Source: an uncultured Candidatus Sumerlaeota bacterium
Lineage (GTDB): Bacteria; Sumerlaeota; Sumerlaeia; MVZB01; JAJFLK01
Length of the DNA stretch: 64,000 bases
Assembly: GCA_964463045.1 (NCBI GenBank)
Contig: CAYXAU010000013.1
Coordinates: 2,188-66,187 of the forward strand
Direction of reading: 5' to 3'
This document shows, piece after piece, positions 57,568 through 64,000 of this stretch (its first letter is position 1; every line of letters starts with the position of its first letter). Both the position numbers and the translations under genes were made by a program. The notes under the pieces are model-generated. The model saw only the letters and a program-made list of their open reading frames with translations. It searched no databases and had not been told where the DNA came from.

Positions 57568-57700
57568 ATCGGGAGCGGCGATTTGCCGCTCGGTCGCGGC
57601 ACTTTCCCTGACAGGACATGAGCACAGGGGGCGTCGGGAACGGCAAGTCGGCGGACGGCTACACCCAAGCTCAGCGGAGGGGTTATTGGTATAAGCGGGC
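57568..57700 (-). CRISPR. Putative degenerate CRISPR array remnant: two repeats and two spacers
   Basis: R1 57568-57603 (36 nt) and R2 57633-57665 (33 nt) match at 21 of 33 aligned positions with one 3-nt gap; 29-nt spacer between them; about 26-35 nt of non-cas sequence between R2 and the cas fragment. Confidence 0.45.
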
Positions 57701-58264
57701 GTTGGCCCGCTCCCAGGCCTGCTTCTCATCCTGCCAGGCGCGGTGATGGCGATCCCAGTTTTCGCGGGCGCGCCGGTAGTGGGCCCGGACCCATTCGGAG
57801 GCGGCCTTAACGAGGATCATGACGTGGGGATCGCTGAGCGAGCGCAGGCGGTCGAGGAGCGCCGCAGCGGTCCGACTGCGCGGCAGGCCGGCGCAGGCAA
57901 CGGCGGCGTCGCGGACCGGTGACTCGATGTTTGAACCCAAGAGCGCTTCCGGACCCGACCAACCGGCGGCGACCTTGAAGACCTCGAGGCGACCCCGATC
58001 CGCGGGCGCTTCATCCTCCTCAAGGCCGCAGGGGGCCGGGCCGGTGAAGAAATCCCAAAGAGGGCCAAGCGAAGGATTCTGAGGCTCGCCCCTGGGCCGC
58101 AGCGCCATGAGCCACTGGCAAATCTCCGAGACGTCGCGATTGAACCGTTGGAAGTGTTCTCTCAAGCGGCGCACGTCGCCCTTGAAGGCTTGCTTTGTCT
58201 GTCCCGCTCGACGGCGTAGGGGTCGGACGAGCGTCCGGGATTGGGCATATGGCTGTTTCGGCAT
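57683..58264 (-). pseudogene. cas12g: Truncated type V-G CRISPR effector Cas12g: N-terminal ~190 aa only, no RuvC
   Basis: Collinear motifs versus Cas12g1 as recalled: RTLVRPL/RTLVRKL, GQTKQAF/GQSKQEF, FNRDVSEICQW/FNADVSGVCQW, LWDFF/FWKFF, HVMILVKAASEW/HRMILAKVAAEW, YRRARENWDRHHRAWQDEKQAWE/YRRAHQNWERNYEEWKKEKQEWE. Confidence 0.8.
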
Positions 58265-58373
58265 CGCTTCGTGACCCAGCCGATGGAGAGGTCGAAGTGC
58301 CGGGCGATCCGGGCCCGCCCGGCTGCCTGGGCCGGTCCGCCAGCCCACCGCGCCGGGCATCCTCGAGCGGAAC

Positions 58374-59210
58374 TTACGGCCTGGAGCGGATCCGCTTGGC
58401 CAGCCAGAGGTCGGGTTTACCGAAACCATGGGCGTCGGGGATGACGCCGACGAGGGCGAACCCCACGCGCCGGTAAAAGGCAAGCTGGTGAGTGCCCTCG
58501 GCCGGCGGGCGGAGTTCGGACGCCGTCGGCAACGGATGGGCGCGGGCGCCGTCCGTCGAGGTCGCCGTCGGGGACGGGTGGGCGCGCGTTCCGCCCGGCG
58601 AGGCCGGCGTCGGACTAGCCCGGGGGCCGTCGGTCGCGCCCGAAGCCGGAGCCGCTGCGGGTCCACTAGCCGGGCGCAAGAGCGACGGCGACGGGGCCGG
58701 CGCGGGGCCGGGAGCGGCTTCATCGGGCCCGGGGCCACCCGCCGCGAGCGCGGCGAGATGGGCCAGCGGGTCGGGGTAGAGGTCTTTGCCGCCCAGCGGC
58801 GTCGCGCCGGTCTCGTCGTCGGCCCCGACGAGGAGCGTGTGATATCCGGCGGCGATCGCGGCGGCTTCCAGCCCCTGGAGGAGCTTCCGCCCGATCCCGC
58901 GGCGCTGATGATCCGGATCGACGGCCAGCGGGTGAATCTCCAGCACGTGGCCCGGATAGCGCGGCTCGCCGCCGATGATCCCCGTCACCTCGCCGACGAT
59001 GTCGAGCGCCACCAGCAGAATCGTCTCCCGCCGCCGGGCCAGATCGATCAGCTCGCCGAGGGCGGCCTCCAGCGTCGGCCAGGCGTCGGTGATCGGCTCC
59101 ATCGCGCGGTAAAGAACGCGAGCGGCCTGGGCAAGCTGGACTTCGTCAGTGGCGGAAAAGGGAACAATCTCAACCGGCATCGGACTCTTGAGCGAGCGTG
59201 GGGAGGACAT
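58374..59210 (-). CDS. GNAT acetyltransferase, AAC(6')-Ia-like family, with ~80-aa low-complexity insertion
   Basis: LEIHPLAVDPDHQRRGIGRKLL, LLVGADDE, FYRRVGF.LVGVIPDAHGFGKPDLWLAK; GGAG RBS. Confidence 0.82.
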   Translation of the reverse strand: MSSPRSLKSPMPVEIVPFSATDEVQLAQAARVLYRAMEPITDAWPTLEAALGELIDLARRRETILLVALDIVGEVTGIIGGEPRYPGHVLEIHPLAVDPDHQRRGIGRKLLQGLEAAAIAAGYHTLLVGADDETGATPLGGKDLYPDPLAHLAALAAGGPGPDEAAPGPAPAPSPSLLRPASGPAAAPASGATDGPRASPTPASPGGTRAHPSPTATSTDGARAHPLPTASELRPPAEGTHQLAFYRRVGFALVGVIPDAHGFGKPDLWLAKRIRSRP

Positions 59211-59232
59211 GGGGGGTCTCCGGGGCGGGGGC

Positions 59233-59844
59233 TCAGGCGGCGTATCGGCGCATCAGGCCAACAACAACCCCCTGGATTTTAACCGACCCCGCCGGGTAAC
59301 GCATCGGTTTCATCGCCGCGTTGGCCGGCTCCAGCCGGACCCGCCGCCTCCCTTCGGGGTAGAAACGTTTGACGGTGGCCTCGTGGCCCTCGATCAGCGC
59401 GACGACCATCTGGCCCGCCTCGGCCCGGTCTCGCCGCTCGACGACGATCAGGTCCCCATCGTGGATGCCTTCGTCGATCATCGAATCCCCCCGGACCCGG
59501 AGGACGAAGGACTCCCGCGAGCCGACGAGCTGCCGCGGCACGTCGATCGTCTCCGGCGTCTCCACGGCTTCGATGGGCGCCCCGGCGGCGACAAGGCCGT
59601 GCAACGGGACGCGCCGGGCCGGGCGCAATTCGGCCTCTCCCGTCAGTTCCACCGACCGGCTGTGGTTCCAATTGCGTCGGATCAGCCCCTTGGCTTCCAG
59701 GTTCTGCAAATGTTTATGAACCGTGGCCACCGACGAAAGCCCCATCTTCCGGCCGATCTCCTCCAGCGTCGGGGAGTAACCGTTCTCCTCGATGAATCGG
59801 CCGACGCAATCCAACATCTGGCGCTGCCGACGGGTCAGGTACAT
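59233..59844 (-). CDS. lexA: SOS repressor LexA
   Basis: LTRRQ..L..V..FI...GYSPT..EI, VAAG cleavage site, GDSM Ser, ATVKR Lys; AAGGAG RBS before the ATG at 59844. Confidence 0.93.
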   Translation of the reverse strand: MYLTRRQRQMLDCVGRFIEENGYSPTLEEIGRKMGLSSVATVHKHLQNLEAKGLIRRNWNHSRSVELTGEAELRPARRVPLHGLVAAGAPIEAVETPETIDVPRQLVGSRESFVLRVRGDSMIDEGIHDGDLIVVERRDRAEAGQMVVALIEGHEATVKRFYPEGRRRVRLEPANAAMKPMRYPAGSVKIQGVVVGLMRRYAA

Positions 59845-59888
59845 AAGTAGCTCTCCTTGGGAGGAACGCGCCCCCCGATCCTGAAGCG

Positions 59889-59917
59889 AAATTAACACGA
59901 TGGATTGACGAAAGCAA
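59889..59917 (-). promoter_or_regulatory. sigma70 promoter of lexA
   Basis: Minus strand TTGCTT-N17-TAATTT. Confidence 0.55.
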
Positions 59918-60062
59918 GACGAATCCCCCTGGGGCGAGGACGACGCGGCCAACCTCCGACCGAGAAGCCGGAGGCGGGAAGGCCGCGGGGCGCCCAGGGG
60001 GCTGAGCCGAGGACAAAAGGGGTGACGCCCGCCGCCGTTCGGGGCTATCCTCCCCGGGGTCG

Positions 60063-60875
60063 ATGCAGCGTCACGCTTTATTCTCGCGGTTGTGCGTATC
60101 CAGCGGGCTTTGGCGCGGGCAGGGGATCGAGGCGGTCGCCCGCTCGATGATGCGCCTCGGGCTGAGCCGGATCGAGCTGGCCGGCGGCCACTTCCATCCG
60201 GATCGGGACAACGCCCGGGCCTTCAATTACCTGGCCGAGGCCGGCGTCGCCGTGGCCGTCCTGCGCCTGACGGGGCTCGAACGGGGGCAAAAGCTCCGGG
60301 CGATCGAAGAGGCGGGCCGACGCGGCGTCCCGGCGGTGATCGACCGGGCCGAAGAACTCCTTTTCCCGGACTTGATCGACCGGACGCGCGAGTACGTCCT
60401 CTGCGCGGGCTACAACGGGGTTTACCTTATCCTCGACAACGATACGGCTTCGGACTGCGATCACGCCACGGCCCAACTGGCCTTATCGCGCGTCGTCCGC
60501 CATCCGGCCCTGCGGCTGGGGTTCTCGCCTTCGCACGCCGTCGCCGGCCGGCGCGAGCCCGCCGACGAAGTCCGCGCCTTGGGTCGCCATCTCATGATCG
60601 CCTACCTCGCCGACGCGCCGGAGGACGTCGTGGCGCGGTCCCGGCGTGAGGTCTTCGGCGAGGCGCCGCCGGTCTCGCGGCGGCCCGGCGCGGCGCCCGG
60701 GCGTCTTGATTGGGTCGCTTACTTCCAGGCCCTGGCCTCGATCCGGTTTCAAGGGCTGCTGAACCTGGGCTGGACGGCCTCGCCGGAGCCGGGTTCAGCC
60801 CGGACCGAGTGGGAAATCGCCGAGGCCATCGGCTTCTGCGCCGCCGCGGCTCGCCAGGCGGGGCTCCACCCCTGA
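60063..60875 (+). CDS. Xylose-isomerase-like/AP-endonuclease-2 TIM barrel protein with degenerate metal site
   Basis: LG...IEL N-terminus, LRLGF.P.H, G.LDW..YF.AL..I.F.G.L pattern. Confidence 0.65.
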   Translation: MQRHALFSRLCVSSGLWRGQGIEAVARSMMRLGLSRIELAGGHFHPDRDNARAFNYLAEAGVAVAVLRLTGLERGQKLRAIEEAGRRGVPAVIDRAEELLFPDLIDRTREYVLCAGYNGVYLILDNDTASDCDHATAQLALSRVVRHPALRLGFSPSHAVAGRREPADEVRALGRHLMIAYLADAPEDVVARSRREVFGEAPPVSRRPGAAPGRLDWVAYFQALASIRFQGLLNLGWTASPEPGSARTEWEIAEAIGFCAAAARQAGLHP

Positions 60876-60995
60876 GGGGGCCGCCCCCCGCGCCGATGTC
60901 AGGGGCGGGGTCGTCGTCCATCGGAGGCGAGAGCGGCTTGCCCTCGGCCCGGGGTTGCGTTTGAATCGTGGGGGGCCGTCGCCGGCGGCGCAGCC

Positions 60996-62444
60996 TTGAA
61001 GCCGATGATCCCGAAAGCGTCAGGCGCCTACTCCCGGGCCGTCCGCGGGCTGGCCCTGGCTTGGACGATCGCCTGGGTTCACCCGTCCGTGGCCCAGACT
61101 CAGCCCGGCCCCGGGCTTCCCGTCGCCGAGCCCCTCGGCGCGCCGCCAACGGTCGGCCAGGAGCCCCCGTCGCTGGAGGCGCTGGCCGAATGGGTTCGGA
61201 GGCCGCTCATAAAGAACGCCCCCGCGACCCCCACGCCCCTTCCGCAGCCCGCTCGGCGCATCCTGAGGCCGGAGCCGTGGCTTTCGCCCGCGGGCGAGCC
61301 GCTGGCCGCCGTCGTCGAGGACCGAACGCTGACGATAACGGAACTGGAGCGCCGGATCGACCTGCGACTTTCAACGCTCCCCCCCGCCCGCCATCGCGAC
61401 CCGCGCCGGCAGGAAGCGATCGAGGAAGAGCGTCGGCTTTCCCACGGGGCCGAGATCGCCGAGGAATGGGCCAAAATGACGACGCTGGCGACGGCGGGCC
61501 GCCGCCGCGGATTCTCCGTCACGGAGGAAGACGTCCGGCGGGCCTGGGCCGAGCTGACGGGCCCGCCGAGCCAGGCGGCCGCCCCGGCCGGCTCCGTCGT
61601 CGAGCGCCGCCGGTTCCTGACCGGCATCCCCGAGGAGATGTTGCTGGCTGAGATCCGGGACGCCCTCCTCGTCGAACGTTACGTTCTGGCCACGCTGCGC
61701 AATTCCTACACGCGCGCCGATTACGAGGAGCTTTACCGTCGCGTCCCTTCGGCCTTCTATGTCCCGCCGCGCGCCCGCGCCTTCCGCGCCTATTGGCTGC
61801 CGTTGCCGACGCTGGACACGGATGAACAGAAGGACCTCCGGAAGGAACTCGACCGCGTCCGCGCCGAGCTCCGCAAGCGCCAGCCCGATTACGCCCGTCT
61901 GGTTGAGAAGAACGACCCGGCGCGAGGGCTAGCCGTCGGCGAGACCGGCTGGGTTTCCGGCGCCGTCGAGATCCTCGAGGCCCCCAGTTTCGGCGGGCCC
62001 AGCGCCTCGGGCCTGGCCCCGGAGTTCGTCCAGACGCTCTTCTCGCTCGCCGTCGGTCAGACCAGCTCCGTCTTCCGGGATCGCTGGGGGGCCTACCACG
62101 TCATGCGGGTCCTCGAGCGCGAGGAGGGTTCGGATCGGAACTTCGAGGCCGCGATCCCGTTGATCGAGAACGTCCTCTTCGATCACGTCAAGGCCTTCCT
62201 CTGGGAATTCGATCGCGAGACTATGCAGGTCGCCTGGAATCCGCGCGGGCTTCAACGCTACGGGCCCCCGACCGAGACCGCCGCCGGCCAGGCCGACGGC
62301 GCGGCCGCCACTCCCGCCCCGGAGCCGGCCGACGCCCCCGATGTCCGGCAACTCCTGGGGCCCGAGCCTCGGCCGCCCGCCGTCAACCTGGAAATCCTGC
62401 GGCCGCCGTCCGATCGTTCGGCCTCCGGTTCGCCGATCCCTTGA
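60996..62444 (+). CDS. SurA/PrsA-like exported chaperone with parvulin (PpiC) domain
   Basis: Signal peptide; AVVEDRTLT..EL, VTEEDV; GETGWV, F.QTLFSL.VGQTS.VF...GAYHVMRV. Confidence 0.72.
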   Translation: MKPMIPKASGAYSRAVRGLALAWTIAWVHPSVAQTQPGPGLPVAEPLGAPPTVGQEPPSLEALAEWVRRPLIKNAPATPTPLPQPARRILRPEPWLSPAGEPLAAVVEDRTLTITELERRIDLRLSTLPPARHRDPRRQEAIEEERRLSHGAEIAEEWAKMTTLATAGRRRGFSVTEEDVRRAWAELTGPPSQAAAPAGSVVERRRFLTGIPEEMLLAEIRDALLVERYVLATLRNSYTRADYEELYRRVPSAFYVPPRARAFRAYWLPLPTLDTDEQKDLRKELDRVRAELRKRQPDYARLVEKNDPARGLAVGETGWVSGAVEILEAPSFGGPSASGLAPEFVQTLFSLAVGQTSSVFRDRWGAYHVMRVLEREEGSDRNFEAAIPLIENVLFDHVKAFLWEFDRETMQVAWNPRGLQRYGPPTETAAGQADGAAATPAPEPADAPDVRQLLGPEPRPPAVNLEILRPPSDRSASGSPIP

Positions 62445-62525
62445 GCGACGGCGGCGGCGCCGACCGGAAAAACCGCCTCTCGGCGGACGCCCTCCGAATA
62501 TGTTAGAGTTTGGTTTTAGGTCCGC

Positions 62526-62553
62526 TTGACGGCGGCGAGAGCGCGGGCACAAT
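62526..62553 (+). promoter_or_regulatory. sigma70 promoter of the LTA-synthase-family gene
   Basis: TTGACG-N16-CACAAT. Confidence 0.5.
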
Positions 62554-62613
62554 GCTGAAGCTCCCTCGCCGAGGCGCGGGCCCTTCACGTCGGCGGAGGC
62601 GTTGGGTAATTCG

Positions 62614-64000
62614 ATGACCTGGGTGGACTGGCACCGGCTGACGCTCTTGATCGTCGTCGAGAGCTCGTTGCTCGTGGCTTTCGGCCTTTCACGCCTGGCC
62701 GTCTATTGGGGTCACCGGGCCCGGTTCGCCGGCGTGGAGCCGCAGCTCCTCAAGCGGGCCTTCCTCATCGGATCGCGCATGGACCTGGTGGCCTCGGGTC
62801 TGCTGCTGGCCCCGCTGATCGTGGTGGTTTGCCTCCCGACGGATGAGCTTTACGACAGCCTCGGCTATCAGCGCTTCGTTCAGGCCACGCTGGCCGCGAT
62901 CTATTTCCTCGTCCTGTTGTCCGTCGGCGTGGAGTTCTTTTACTTCCAGGAGTACGGCGCAAAGTTCAACCAGATCCTCCTGGAATACGCGCGGCCGAAC
63001 CGCGAGGTCGTCGCCATGCTCTGGAAGGATTACCCGATCCTCAGCGGCGGCCTCGCCGTCGTGGCCCTGTCGGCCCTGGCCGTCTGGGCCTTGCGCCCCA
63101 TGCTCGCCTGGACGACGTTGGCCGAGGCTTCCTCGCTGGCCTCGGTGGCGCAGTTTGTGATCGCCGCCGCCTGGGTGTTCGTCGGCTGCCGAGGCCTGCG
63201 GGGCCGACCGATCGGCGTCGGGGCTTATGAGTTCTCCAATTCTCATCTGGTCAACCAACTCGCCGCCAATGGGATCTACCAGGCCCTCCGGATCAGTTAC
63301 GACGAACACCGTCACGGCGGGCGGGTTGCCGACCTCGTGCCGGAGGCCCCGCCGGAGACGGCCTTCGCGCGGCTGCGCGAGCTGATCAAGTGCGACGGGG
63401 CCACCTTCGTCGAAGGCGGCGTCAATCCCCTGGACCGCCGGCTCCGATCCGCGCTGCCGGCCCGGCGCCCCAACGTCGTCGTCGTCATCCTGGAGAGCCA
63501 CGCCGCCAGCTACGTGGGGGCGCTGGGGGCGGGCCGCGCCGTGACGCCCCACTTCGATCGGCTGGCGGCCGAGGGGCTGCTCTTCACCCGGATTTACGCC
63601 AACGGGGACCGCACGGCCCGCGGCGTCGAATCCATCCTTTGTTCGTTTCCGCCGTTGCCGGGCATGAGCACGCTTAAGCGCAGCGGGGCCCACGGCCGGC
63701 TGTTCAACGCCGGGGGGTTCTTCCGCGCGCGCGATTACGAGACCGGCTTCTACTACGGCGGGGACGCCGCCTACGATAACCTCCGCGGCTTCATCCTCTC
63801 CAACGGCTTCGATCACGTTTTTGAATGGCGCGACATTCGGGAGCCCGTGTGGGAGACGACCTGGGGCGCCTCCGACGAAAACGTCTATGCCCGCATCATC
63901 GAGGATCTCGTGGCCCGGCCCGACGGCCGCCCCCTCTTCGCGCTCGCCCTCACCATCTCCAACCATCGGCCTTACACCTGGCCCCCGGGGCGGATCGACC
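62614..64000 (+). CDS. LTA synthase / phosphoglycerol transferase (sulfatase superfamily) membrane protein; truncated by the window end
   Basis: Translated from ATG 62614: TM N-terminus, RPNVVVVILES, TPHFDRLAAEGLLF, GDRTARG (catalytic Thr), WGASDE, LTISNHRPY. Absent from the ORF track because there is no stop in the window. Confidence 0.85.
   Translation, partial: MTWVDWHRLTLLIVVESSLLVAFGLSRLAVYWGHRARFAGVEPQLLKRAFLIGSRMDLVASGLLLAPLIVVVCLPTDELYDSLGYQRFVQATLAAIYFLVLLSVGVEFFYFQEYGAKFNQILLEYARPNREVVAMLWKDYPILSGGLAVVALSALAVWALRPMLAWTTLAEASSLASVAQFVIAAAWVFVGCRGLRGRPIGVGAYEFSNSHLVNQLAANGIYQALRISYDEHRHGGRVADLVPEAPPETAFARLRELIKCDGATFVEGGVNPLDRRLRSALPARRPNVVVVILESHAASYVGALGAGRAVTPHFDRLAAEGLLFTRIYANGDRTARGVESILCSFPPLPGMSTLKRSGAHGRLFNAGGFFRARDYETGFYYGGDAAYDNLRGFILSNGFDHVFEWRDIREPVWETTWGASDENVYARIIEDLVARPDGRPLFALALTISNHRPYTWPPGRID

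Noticed and set aside
57540-57700. Continuation of Cas12g in another frame (frameshifted but complete gene)
   Set aside because: Only ~145 nt remain before the convergent amidase stop, and no Cas12g-like or RuvC motif appears in any frame; no cas1, cas2 or cas4 is in the window.

Overview
64 kb of high-GC (about 70% by eye) bacterial chromosome from a peptidoglycan-containing, lipoprotein-rich, probably diderm lineage that I cannot assign taxonomically. Most of it is housekeeping: ychF-like, hisC, trmB-ddl, mntR, pheA, a PfkB kinase, msrP, queC, addAB, a complete 14-gene nuo (complex I) operon in the unusual order A-B-C-D-E-F-G-H-I-J-K-N-L-M, uvrA, lexA, cell-wall and envelope enzymes, and a 3'-truncated LTA-synthase-family gene. 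No rRNA, tRNA, transposase or integrase was seen. The standout is at 57.5-58.3 kb: a 193-aa ORF that aligns motif-for-motif with the N-terminal quarter of the type V-G CRISPR effector Cas12g (compared with my recollection of Cas12g1, not a database search). It is cut off by what looks like a spacer and two degenerate CRISPR repeats, so it reads as a collapsed type V-G locus downstream of a lexA-GNAT gene pair. Other accessory signals are: a secreted protein with five DAELxALILGV repeats; a low-GC two-gene module with a HicA-like topology; two families of dispersed palindromic intergenic repeats, one of which creates a translationally coupled small ORF inside the nuo operon; an orphan Dam-type methyltransferase; a frameshifted VOC gene; and an AAC(6')-like GNAT carrying an in-frame tandem-repeat insertion.
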